Shown here: one piece after another, positions 52,030 through 64,000 of the stretch
How the letters are laid out: the number at the start of each line of letters is the position of its first letter
How positions within the stretch are numbered: position 1 is the stretch's first letter
DNA from: Eledone cirrhosa
Lineage: Eukaryota
Length of the DNA: 64,000 nucleotides
Direction of reading: 5' to 3'
Assembly: GCA_964016885.1 (NCBI GenBank)
Contig: OZ024741.1
Coordinates: forward strand, 151,466,001 to 151,530,000
Made by a program: the position numbers and the translations under genes
The notes under the pieces: model-generated
What the model saw: the letters and a program-made list of their open reading frames with translations, nothing else
What the model was told of the DNA's origin: nothing
The model's database searches: none

Positions 52030-54440
52030 ACATTTCTATATAACGCTGTCTTCAAACATTTTGTTAACCAGAACAACTTGAACTGATTAAGAAGGACTAT
52101 TAGTTCTTTAAAATCTAAATCGTGAAACTATCAGGGGAGTAGAACTGGTTCGGTATTGGGATGGAGTTACTCATCCAACTCACTAGGAGTGCAATCAAGG
52201 CTAGCCCTAACATGATAGAACTCGAGGATGGGACGCAACTCACCATATGTGTGAAAAGGAATGCGCCCGAAGAGCCATATTTGTGGGTCGAAGACCAGCT
52301 CAGGGCCTTCAGCCCAGAGATGACGAGAATGCAGAAGCTACTCCTTTCCGACAACGGCTTCACCACGACAGGGAACAGGACATGTAGAATGGGCACCGGG
52401 ACCTTCCGCGGCGAGTAGGAGAGTAACCTCCACGGCACCCACACCAAGCCCACGTACAACAAAAACAGCGGCAGCAGTGTCTCAACCCCAACAGTCGCAG
52501 TGGCTAAACCGGTGCCAAGAATGGCAGACCAGGCTCCTCCACTAACACCACCAACAATAACAAGTGAGAGAGTGGAGTTCATACATCTCCCTAATCTCCC
52601 ACAGTCGGACATGGAGTGTTAGGCAGGAGAGAAGTGGCAAACGGTCTGCCACAAGAAGAAGAAATTCAAGAACACTGTAGCTTCTCCCTCCAAATGGGAG
52701 AACAGAGAAAAAAGGGCGAAAGATGCAATGTGACTTGAAACAACACCACCAGCACCATCACCAATACCACCACAAAGACCACCATTAGCACCAACACCAG
52801 CATTGCAAACACAAAGAACACACACTGACCAACAGCAGCAACAAAACAAAGGCTTTGCCAACTAAAAAGTATTCTGCTATTAACACAGACAATGTGAAAT
52901 TGATGGAACACATAAAACAGCTACTACATATCACCAACACCAAGAACTACACCCTAAAATATTAAAATCATATATATAGAATTAGAGCAGTACAAACAGT
53001 TAAAACAAAAATTCTCCCAACTCTGTTGGGGACTTTAGAGGGTCACTGACAAAATTTATATACTCATATTCTCATGGAGGTACCCACAACCAGCCGAAAG
53101 GACAATTTGACAGCTCCTTCTCCTCGCGATCAGGGTAAGTGATCTTTTCTCCCTCATCCAATTCGTGGCTCCACATAGCATTACTCAGAATAGGCAGTGT
53201 GAATGCGCATGGTCTGGGGTCGCCTTGGAAGCAGAGCCACCTTCTTAACGGCCGCAGGTCACTAAACATAGATGTGGTGGCCACCACCGATCTTAGGCAT
53301 ATCCGAGTCGTCCGCGGGCGGGGTGGGATGGGGGATTGCTGTGTTGTTTCGGAGAGGCCTGGATCTCGCCATACGGAACATCTTCCAGGACTCAGAAGGT
53401 AAGTCGGTGGTGCTGGACGTGACCAGCAGTGAAGGCAATGCTTTCATGCTAGTAGCCGTCTATGCCCGACAGGGGCAGGATGGCTAGATTTCTTCAGACG
53501 CCTAAAGACCTTTCTGTGAACGTCCGGCTCTTTATTATTAACGCGCGACTGGGACGGTATCTTAGAAGCACGCTGGGATTATGTGGGGCTAATCAATAGG
53601 AAGGAGGGTGTAAAAGCCTCACCAACCTGCTCAGACGTTTTCAATTGTCAGACAAGTATTGACTGGATTTCCCGAATGTGCTAAAGTGAACACGGACAAA
53701 TCTCATCGGGTCGTCCAGATTGTATCTAGATAGAATAATCTGCAGAGAAGTAGATAAGGCTAGCGTAGGCTGTCGACACCTCAAAGTAGTCGCCCACACG
53801 GATCAAAATTTGTGATCTGTGAAGTCTAATTAGATAGACTCCATTGGCAAGGACTCGAATACTGGAAGCTGGAACCGTCTTTCCAGGCGCACAATGCTTA
53901 GAGACCAGATTAGCGACTTAGTTAAGCGAGTGTGTGTGTGTGGGGGGGGGGGGGGGGGCAATCATCCACAATAGATGGTATAACAAAGAAGTATCGATAG
54001 AGGAAAATAGACTAGAGGGAAAGCTTGGTATAAAGCTGGATGAGGCTTTTAGAATAGCCATCGCAACCGACGTGCTCTCAGCGAGATTGGCACTCGACCA
54101 ATTTTTCAAAGCAAAGCACGAAGAGAGCGTCGTTAGAGCTAGAGTGGGTGCTCTAAGACACGAAGGGACGAAAGCCGTCCAATAGTCCCGGGTGGTGGAG
54201 GCGAAACCTAGCAACAAAGCCACAATTCGGTCTTTGCCTTACCAAAACGGTTGTTGCTTGATCCTGAGCTGTTACATGAAACCTTTCAGCAACACCTTCC
54301 TCAACTGTTCAGGAGCATCAGCGAGCTGGATCAGCGAATGGACTTCAGTGCATACCTCGACGGACTGTTGCGGCTCTCGACTACCAAAGCGGTGTGTTCC
54401 GAAAGGCTAATAAAAACCACTGAAATATGGGATAGATCAC
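52030..54440 (+). mobile_element. Decayed Tx1/L1-clade LINE (ORF1 remnant and ORF2 AP endonuclease/linker)
   Basis: IGSVNAHGL, GIAVLFRR, EGKSVVLDV...LVAVYA, SRLYLDRI, YWKL, VVRARV. Multiple frameshifts. Confidence 0.78.
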
Positions 54441-55632
54441 TAATCAAGGTAGTACTCGATACATAATGTGATGCAGCGTTGGTATGTTTAGGAAGAAATA
54501 TTCGACCGTGAACGCCTGGAGTTTATTCTCGTGATTTTAACTGGACGAGAATTTTCAGGATTTCTGACGAACCTCGCCTTTCATTCTACATTTTTATTTA
54601 ACTGATTGATTGAGTGATTAGCTAATTAATTATTACTTATATACTTTATATTTCTTTTCTATATTTATTGTATTTCTGTAATTTCCTATTTGGTTTAGTA
54701 GTACCTCGCTTAATATGTGTCTTTCCTTGTCTCTCCTACCTTATATAGGTCATATCCTTCATAGAATTGGACACGGCTTACTTTTTAACATTTAACTTTC
54801 AATTGTTAATCGTTAATTCTAAATGATTAATTTTCAATGTTGAATTCTAATTTCTAACATTAATTTATACATCTTCCCATATATTTTTAATTGTTAATTG
54901 GTAATTCTGAACTTTTAATTTTCAATGTGGAATTCTAATTTCTAACCCCTAGCATTAATTTATCTATTCACTTTCATCGATGAGTAAATTAAACAATAGT
55001 TCACTCATCAATATAAGTATTTGCGGTCAGAGTGATGACATAAGTTTTCCCGCCTTAGAAGTAGGCAGTTGGATGCATGCCGCCACTGGAATTCTAATTT
55101 AATACTGCCGGACAAGAACCCAGTGTAACAACAAAACATCTTAGGCTGAATTGAACTCTGTGAAATTAATATATCATCAACTATGGAAGGAGGCTTTATA
55201 ACGTCAAATAACCTCGTCTCAATAATTGTAGCTTCTTATCGAGAGTGGGAGATCGACGGATGGTCAATCAATCTTCCACCTCCATGCCTGTTCACAACTA
55301 TAATGTGGAACTAAAGTTCGCAGGAGAATTGACATCGGCAATGAGAACATCATATATCTCCGTTTCCTCTTGTCTTTAGATTGGATTACCTCGTAAACGT
55401 AACTTTATAATATAAGATGCAGTCTGGTGATGTAGTGTGACCGGTGGCGTGATTGAATCATCATATAGCTGTGAACGCCATTGAAATATTTATGGCAGCT
55501 TTATGAATAAAGGATTTTTAAATAACCATACCGAACTTCGCATTTATCCGCACAGACGAATTATATTTGGAAGTAAACACTCGACGTTGAAAGGTTAAAT
55601 TAAATTGCATCATTATTCACTGATCGGAGTGT

Positions 55633-55722
<90 letters not shown>

Positions 55723-56212
55723 GGCACACACACACACACACACGCACACGCACACACATATGTGTGTGTGTGTGTCTGTCTTTTGGGAGAGAGACATGTA
55801 TAGTTTAAAACACAGAAATACATTGAAAGCCATTCTTTGTAATGTGTATTACAGGAGAAGATATATAGTTCAAAACAGAGAAATATATTTAGAACAGATT
55901 GTGTGTAAGGAGTATTACGAGAGAAGTCTTATATAGTTCAGAACATAGAAATGCGTTTACAATGAAATATGCTGTGTTTGGGCGACAAAAGCTGCCATTA
56001 CTGCTGTAGCTCTCATTATCCATTCAAATCTCAAAATATTTCTAGAAAACCATTATATTTGACGTTTATAAAGAGAAGCGGGAGATTTATGTAGCACACC
56101 TTCGCCGTCTTAATCAACACCAGCAACGTTAGCAGCAGCAGCAGCAGCAGGAACACCATCACCACTGTCATTAACATCATTATTATCATCGTCACCATCA
56201 CCACCACCATCG

Positions 56213-56253
<41 letters not shown>

Positions 56254-56789
56254 GTCATCATCACCACCGCCACCACCAACACCAACACCACCAACACCAC
56301 CACCAACAACAACAACAACAACACCACCACCACCACCATCACCATCACCATCACCACCATCGTCATTATCACTATCATCACCCTCATAATTGATGTCGTC
56401 GTTGTCGTCGCCCTAATAGTCGTCGTCGTCGTCATCATCATCATCGTGGTTATCATCACCTGCAGCAGCAACATCATCATCATAATCATAATCATCAGCT
56501 ATGTTATTATAGGATCAAATATCTTGTAGAATTTACAGCTCCTTACATGATATTTAGATAGAACTGTAGTAATAACGAAACGTCTTGAAATTAAAGAAAT
56601 AAGGAAGAAGAGATGAGAAGACATGCCCTAGGTGCTGCTTTTGTTGAAGTTGATGTTGCTGTTGTTGGGCAACCAGAAACGGACCAAATTCCAAGTGATT
56701 ACCAATGTGTCCGAACACGGAAGAGCCGAACTCCCTCTGTCATCGCTCTATCTCTCTGGCCCTCCCCATCTCTCTGTATTATGAGCAAA

Positions 56790-56935
56790 TGCGGTCCCAC
56801 GTGCTGGCCTCCCCACAGCCTCGGCGGACAAAATGGAGAAGGCGTTTCCCCGGAGGATGGTAAGGGAGATGCGCTGGAAGAGCCATTCCATCTCGCGAGG
56901 CTCACACCTACGGCTGACCAGCTCAGCGCCTATGG
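56790..56935 (-). mobile_element. CRE-clade LINE C-terminal fragment
   Basis: Minus-strand translation EPREMEWLFQRISLTILRGNAFSILS matches the QRISxxxxRGNA terminal motif of CRE elements. Confidence 0.7.
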
Positions 56936-57299
56936 TGGTGCCGCCGACGTCAATTTTGACTTTCCTTATTCTGAGGTCAATAACAAAGTATTAGTCATGT
57001 ATTGGAATCAATATAATCGACTTTCTCTTACCCATTCCCAAATTGCTGGCCTAAATCAGAAACCTTATAATTATTGTTTTAGATACTCCGTATTCTTACT
57101 TCACTATGTTGCCGAACGTAGTGCCATGTTCTTTGGGCATGTGCAGAGTTTGGTTTTGGTTGTTTTGTGTTTCTAGTGTATTATAAGTGCATAAAAAGTT
57201 ATACCTGTACTGTACTTAATAGTGTTATTTTATATATGTTGTGTATATATGTTTCTTCTTGGTGTTTTTGTTATGTAACTGTCTACATGGTTTTTAATC

Positions 57300-58495
57300 A
57301 TTCTAAAGGAATCTATTATTATGGGAATTGGTTCTATTTTAAGTCCTCATTTTGGCGTTATAACTATTTCTAATTTTTATATTTGGAGGATTTTTACAAT
57401 TTTTCTTATATTTTTTTGAGAGATGCTGTCATCTGGGAGGATAAATACGTCGATTAAGTGGTATTTCTTTTCCTGGTATTATTTGGCTACAATATCCCAT
57501 CGATTAGATTTCATCTCCCTCTCTCTGTATATTGGGATATCTAAGAGTGTGGTTGCTTCAACCATCTCTGAAATCTTTTTTGTTTTATGTCTATACCACC
57601 TCTTTTTTGGGGTATTTCATAATGATGATACAACTCACTGTGTGTGGGAATTCCAGCTCTGTTATGTCTCTAGCGAAAACTGTCTCTGGCGAAGACGACA
57701 GCCAGAGGCAATGTGGTCAATAGTTTTTTCCCAGCTCTACATATTCTGCAGTTACTTAGTGTATTATACTGCATCGTGATATTAGAGGTTTTTGGAGAAA
57801 AGGCTTTGAAGTTATACTGCAATTACGAATCATTCGATCTCGGATTAGAATTCTGGTCCCTTAACCAGTGTTGCGAATTTTCCTAGCCTACTTCTAACTT
57901 GCTTAGCTTTCTCGTGTATTGGTAATGGAGGGATGTTTTTCCCATCATTTTATCTCACTATTCGGTTTTATGGCTTCGACATTACTCTTTACACAATTTC
58001 TACTGTTGTTAATAATTAATTCCTCTCCGGCTTTCGATTTTCTCTCTTTTATCGTTTGTTTTTTAGAATACAGAAAATAATTTATTTGTTTTTGTTCACG
58101 TTTCACAGCTATCAGTATTAGTTTCAATTTTGCTGTATTAAATATTTTCAAATTCATACAGTGCCTATTTTATAACAGCTTAATAGTAGTGTTAAACCCC
58201 TAACTCCTTGTATTCATTGTAAACATATTTTTTTCTACATGATATTTTTGGTGATGTATTCTACGTGTAATAATTATTTGACTTGAGTGTTGATGCCTAT
58301 AACCTTGGTTTTGTTTTACAATAATTTATCAGAACAATAATGAGGTCGATGTATGCTTTAACCTCTCCTCCAATAGTGTGTGGTGTGTATTTCTTCAGAT
58401 CGATAGATGTTGATATGAAAGAGATTTTGCTGATATCTTTAACAGGTTGAGCTACCACATAGGTAATCGCTCGCTGGCTCATACTGTTTAGATTC
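57300..58495 (-). mobile_element. Highly decayed R4/Dong-like LINE fragment
   Basis: Minus-strand translation gives IDHIASGC...RHNRAG...HHYEIP...WYRH around 57590-57720. Confidence 0.55.
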
Positions 58496-58589
58496 TATCG
58501 AGAATGATCGGTATGATCGTATAAATGTATGTGTAGTTATATGTATGTATGTATCTATCTATATCAATATATATATATATATATATATA

Positions 58590-58944
58590 TCACAGAAAAA
58601 AGAGAATCAGTGTTGCGACATATTACAATTGTTTCTCGGGCGACCAGCTCCAGGCACGATCGATACGGCGATCAAACCTGACTCTGAAATCGCACGGTCC
58701 TCGGATACATCTCGATTCTACGAAGCAGATTTTCCTATAGGACGGGGCGATTTCAGAGTCAGGTTTGATCACCATATCGATCGTGTCTCGAGCTGGTCGC
58801 CCGAGAAACAATCGTAATATGTCCAATAAATTCCTTTGGTCGCAACACTGATTCTCTTTTTTCTGTGATATCATACTCTGCTCTACGAGGGCATCGAGTG
58901 CTCATACGGCCTACCGCATACGGACGCTTTAATCATCCAACACC

Positions 58945-58946
<2 letters not shown>
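58590..58946 (+). mobile_element. Palindromic element related to 2786-3157
   Basis: Arms 58590-58710 and 58740-58868, then the tail ATCATACTCTGCTC...GAGTGCTC. (TA)n flanks. Confidence 0.7.
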
Positions 58947-59002
<56 letters not shown>

Positions 59003-59119
59003 TTATATATATCTATGTGTGCGAGTGTGTGCTTGCTTACGAATGCAGACACATTCACATATATAAATATATATGAATACAAAGATACATACACACTCAT
59101 GCACTGACGTATACATACG

Positions 59120-59271
<152 letters not shown>

Positions 59272-60159
59272 AGTGTGCGTGTGTGTATGCATGTATGTAT
59301 TTATATGTAAAATTAGAAACAAGAAAGTGTTTTGAGGAATGTAATAGTGTGTAATGTATGGTGTCCTGTCCTGCCAGATTGTGAGCCAAGTACATCAATC
59401 CTAAATCAGAATCAATGATCGTAAATACAGGAGATTAGCCAGAGGTGACTGTGGCGGTGGTTGGGGGCAACTTTAAATAGATACGCTGATTAATCTAAAA
59501 GAAGGTTGTGAATAATGATTTTAAAATAGATACCAGTAGTGCGATTGATGAGCAGATCGATACAGTGGTTGTCATAATGGTTTGAACTATTAATTATTCC
59601 CCTTTACATACTGAGTTTCAATTTGAGCGAGAGCCACACCTTAGGTTGTTTGTTGTTTTAGTACTTTCGGGGTCAATAAAATAAAGAGAAGTATAGGAGA
59701 TGTGGTTCATTTAATCGAATGTACATTCGCCTCAATGAGAACGACGACAACGAGACGAGCAACACGAGTAAACCGCCTGCACTACCAACAACACCATCAC
59801 CACTACCACCACTACAATCACCACCATATCATCATCCGTTGCCCAACTCATTGACTTCTATTCAACAATCTTAAATATTAACGCAGCGCTACAGTGATGG
59901 ACTTTAAATAGATACACTGATTAATCTAAATGGGCTTGCCAATAATACATTGACAAATTGAAAACATGCACATATACACATACACACACATATGCAGACG
60001 CACACCACATACACACACACACACAGACACACAGACACACAGACACACACACACACACACTCAAACGAATCAATAACGAAAAGATCATAGAGATCCCAAG
60101 CAGAACACACAGCAGGCTACATCACCCCCCCCCCCCCCCTATATATATATATATATACG

Positions 60160-60343
60160 GTACGTGATTCCGGGTTGAATCGGAGGTAACCACAGTAAGT
60201 AAGGTACTCAATACATAGCAGGGTATAAAAGTTTTAATATAGATGAGATTCTACAGGACTAGAACTGTTTCATTCTTTAGAAATCATCAGGAATCTGATG
60301 ATTTCTAAAGAATGAAACAGTTCTAGTCCTGTAGAATCTTATC

Positions 60344-60347
<4 letters not shown>
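60160..60347 (-). mobile_element. Short fold-back element with back-to-back hammerhead cores; related copy at 48508-48710
   Basis: Hairpin 60239-60347 (...TCATCAG GAAT CTGATGA...) and a shared tail CCGGGTT.AATCGG..GTAACC..AGTAAGTAA.GTACTCAATACAT. Confidence 0.7.
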
Positions 60348-60400
<53 letters not shown>

Positions 60401-60793
60401 GCATACATACATATTCACAGAGAGACACACGCAAATTCAAATTCACACGTATACACATGCATACCCATACATCCAGCCACACACATATATACATACATGC
60501 ATATATACATACATATATACATACATATAATTGTACTTCAGTTTATATCATTTTTCAGATGCATTTTTTTGCTTCTGCTTTATATTTATGTTTATGACTT
60601 TAACGATGAAACAATAAAGAAATTGTTGAATATATTTTGTTTCTATTTTACCGTGAAGCCTAATGATTGCAAACGTAATGGAATAGTGCATAACGAACAT
60701 TTGTTTTAAATTATCGATAATTCAGTAAACACATATGAAAGAAAATGTCGCTCTATGTGGCTGAATACAATAAATGTAATCTGAGTTTTTCGA

Positions 60794-61237
60794 ATATTAA
60801 TAATAACATTCGATTCGTTTGCAATTATGCAAACAAGTCGCAATTTTATAGCCATGTCAGTAGAATGAACATTTCATTATTGTTCTTATGTTGGCATGTG
60901 AACAGAACTGCAGACACTAATGTATCTGGGCATCACCCTTTATCAGTACAGCTCACTGTTCACCTGCTATCTGTCAGAGCTAATGAAAATATATGCTATT
61001 TTCAAAAATACATAGTGAATGATCGACCTAATTTGCATATTAGCAGACTGGCTGATCAGTCACATCTGTATATTAGCAGATCCACTGATGAAAGGTGATA
61101 CCCAGAAACATTAGTGTCTGCAGTTCTGTTTGCATGCCAACATAAGAGCAAGAATGAAGTGTTCATTCTACTGACATGACTATAAAATTGAGGCTTGTTT
61201 GCATAATTGCAAACGAATCGAATGTTATTATTAATAT
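60794..61237 (+). mobile_element. Fold-back element (~150-bp arms) with a hammerhead
   Basis: 60794-60947 is the inverse of 61084-61237. Confidence 0.7.
61083..61120 (+). ncRNA. Type I hammerhead motif
   Basis: CA-CTGATGA-aaGG TGATA CCca-GAAA-CA TTAG TG-TC-TG. Confidence 0.6.
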
Positions 61238-61278
61238 CGGTAGAGGGTCGGACGCCACAGACCCTCCATCTCAACTCA

Positions 61279-61316
61279 CCTTTTGAAAAGCAGAAGAACT
61301 GCGAAACCGGTAAAGG
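61279..61316 (+). ncRNA. Minimal type I hammerhead, U3-A8 core variant (second copy ~14509-14547, minus strand)
   Basis: CCTT-TTGAAAA-GCAG AAGAA CTGC-GAAA-CCGG-TA-AAGG, followed by AATAAA. Confidence 0.75.
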
Positions 61317-62488
61317 AACCAAATAAATATATATATTTAAAAAAAAAAATAAGACTCCAGTTGCATTTTCGATTTCATCTCTTTTTCTTTATACTTTCAC
61401 TCGTGTAGGACACCTCGGTTATTTTTCATTTTGTAAAAAAAACCTCACTTTCTAATATATATATATATATATAAATACATATATATATGTGTATACGTAT
61501 ATAAATGTGTGTGTATGTGTGTGTTTGTGTGTGCGTGTGTATGTGTGTGTGTGTGCGTGCGCGTGCGTGTGTGTATACACACATAAAAGCGGGATCGTAA
61601 TAATACTTTTTGTATATTTTTCTATGTTTGAACCACATATGAAAAGTTTCAATAAATATATTTTAATGCTATTACTACCTCCCCCCCCCCTCTCCCCCAC
61701 TATTTCATTGCTGCTATACGTGTTTTCTTTCTTCACCTCTTTCTTTCTTTTATCATTCTTTTTTCTTTCTTTTTTTCTTTCTTCAATACTCTTTGTTTTT
61801 CCTTCCCTTGATACTTTCTTTGTTTTCCTCCTACCATCCTTCTTTAATTTCTTTTTTCTTACATTCTTTCTCTTTTTCTTTCTTTCTTTCTCTCCTTCTT
61901 TCTTTCTTTCTTTCTTTCTTACCTTCTTTCTTTCCTTCCTTCATGCAATCCTTATTTAATTATTATTTCTCTTATATATAATGCAATAAATATAGCCATG
62001 ACTATTTGATGTAAATGTAGAGGTATGGTTAAGATATTTACTTCACAAACTTCGTGATTTGGTGTTCAAATGTCTGCTCGCCATCTTTCGGAAAGTGAGT
62101 GTCGTCTTACCATAGCTGCTGGCCGTTAAGATCCATGTTAGTGAAACTTGAATGGTAGACTTAATGATATCACCTTGTTATGTGAAAGAAAGAGTGAGAG
62201 AGAGAGAGAGGGGGGAGAGCGGAGGCCCTTAACATCTGATGGAGTCGTAAAGACGAGTTCGTAAAACAGTGTACTTTGGGCATATTTAAACCTGCCGGTG
62301 TCCATCCCCCTCTAGTTCTGAATATAGCTTTCCCCCAGAGAATGAAGGTGAGTGAGGGGGGGGGGGGTTAAGAGAGAGAGAAAGAGAGGGAGAAAGAGAT
62401 AGAGAAAGTGATAAAGAAGATAGAGAGAGAAAGAGATAAAGAGAGGCACAGTGAGAGACACAGAACGAGAAAGAGGAGGAGAGAAAGG

Positions 62489-62535
<47 letters not shown>

Positions 62536-62611
62536 CGAGAGAGAGAGAGCGAAGAAGAAGAAGAAGAAGAAGAAGAAGAAGAATCAACTTCAGTGCTGAA
62601 CTGTTAAATTA

Positions 62612-64000
62612 CACCGTGTAACAAAAAACTATTTTTTTCTCTGTTCCTGGTTTGTAATCACATTTTTGTGTTGCTTAGGTCCCAAATAAATAAAAAAAAG
62701 TGCTATTAAACAGTTAAAAGTTTGGGTTTGTAAAATTTCTAAGATATTCACTAGAATTATTTGTATGCTGGGTTTTACGTTGTATGTAAGTTTAATTTGC
62801 TTATGTTAAATGATTTTTTTAACATATGTTTCAGGTTAAATTAAAATGATAAAATAAAGAGTAATACCTAAAGAAAATTATAAAAGTGCAATAAAGTATA
62901 AAATTGTTAAAAAGTGGATTAAAGAGATTTATTGATACTGGATTTTCGCACCCTGAATAAAGGGCAAGTAGTGTTTTAAGCATTCGTCTCCAGGATGAAG
63001 CAGTGGAACTTGGTCAAGGAGGAAGTGCAGGTGACAAGTCAGAGAAGTCGACACGAACCTTTCTCAGGCTTTTACACTCTTAGGGATGGCCTCTGCTTCT
63101 GCCATGACGTGCCTGGACTGTTTGACGTTATTGGGGTGCCGTTTGTACCCAAGGAGTGGCGGCTATTTATAGACAGCTCCTCCACAATGGAAACAAGTTC
63201 CCGACACTGCCCCTAGCTCATTCAGTCTCCCTGAAGGAAGATTACTACAGTGTGAAAGTCCTCTTGGAAGCTCTGCAATACAACCAGTACAATTGGGAAA
63301 TCATTGGAGACTTCAAGATCGTGGCTTTCCTGATTGGACTCCAAGGAGGCTTTATCAAATTCCAATGCTTCCTCTGCCTTTGGGACAGCAGAACCACTTC
63401 TGACCACTACAAAAGAAAGAACTGGGAGCAGCGAACAGAATTTGTAGTTGGGACCCGGAACGTCATGTGGGAGCCACTGGTTGATCCCAGGATTGTGCTC
63501 ATGCCGCCACTGCACATTAAGTTGGAGTTGAGGAAGCAGTTTGTGAAGGCTCTCAACCAAGAATTAGCCGCTTTTAAGTACCTTCTTGAGTTCTTCCCCA
63601 ATTTATCTGAGGCCAAAATCAAAGGTGGAATTTTTGTTGGACCTCAGATAAAGAAGGTGTTTGAGTCTACCGAGTTTTCCAATAAGCTCAATAGGATTGA
63701 GAGAACAGCATGGAACTGTTTCAATGCAGTTGTTAAGGACTTCCTGGGCAACTACAGAGCTGAAAACTACCAGCAACTGGTGCAGGATCTGATAAAGGCT
63801 TTTGGGGCCATGGAATGCAGGATATCGCTTAAACTCCATATGCTGGACGCTCACCTGGAAAAATTCAAGGACAATATGGGCGCCTACTCAGGAGAACAAG
63901 GCAAACGATTCCACCAAGATGTGAAAGAGATAGAGCGGAGGTACCGGGGCAACTACAATGAAAAAAATGATGGGGAACTATATCTGGGGGCTAGTGCGGG
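62612..64000 (+). mobile_element. Chapaev3 (CMC superfamily) DNA transposon, left end plus internally deleted transposase, running off the window
   Basis: Begins CACCGTGTAACAAAAA after TTA (CAC terminus, TWA target), followed by transposase-like coding sequence. Confidence 0.75.
62975..63995 (+). pseudogene. Chapaev3 transposase, frameshifted
   Basis: Manual translation gives EWRLFIDSS, WEIIGDFKIVAFLIGLQGGFIKFQCFLCLWDSR, PPLHIKLELRKQFVKAL, KIKGGIFVGPQI, SLKLHMLDAHL and GEQGKRFHQD. There is a deletion/frameshift near 63180. Confidence 0.82.

Noticed and set aside
56613-57176. 187-aa ORF on the plus strand
   Set aside because: It overlaps a CRE LINE fragment on the opposite strand and has no recognisable motif.

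Overview
This is an AT-rich, microsatellite-saturated animal genomic window. It is probably from an octopod cephalopod, inferred from the tRNA-headed SINE family and the repeat landscape. It has one 200-N gap and no host gene I can call confidently, and most ORFs in the track are microsatellite translations. Almost all complex sequence is transposon-derived: one apparently intact Merlin (IS1595/ISXO2-like) DNA transposon, a decayed Chapaev3, a pogo/Tigger-like MITE, several non-autonomous Helitrons, fragments of R4/Dong, CRE, RTE and Tx1 LINEs, about 17 SINE copies, and many Penelope-like element (PLE) remnants. The most striking signal is not in the ORF track. About 20 type I hammerhead-ribozyme motifs from more than 10 unrelated repeat families sit in short fold-back elements inserted in (TA)n tracts. 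Three unrelated families carry the compensatory U3-A8 catalytic core (UUGANAA instead of CUGANGA), one family carries a U4->A core, and several have greatly expanded stem II. All structures were folded by eye; no database searches were run.
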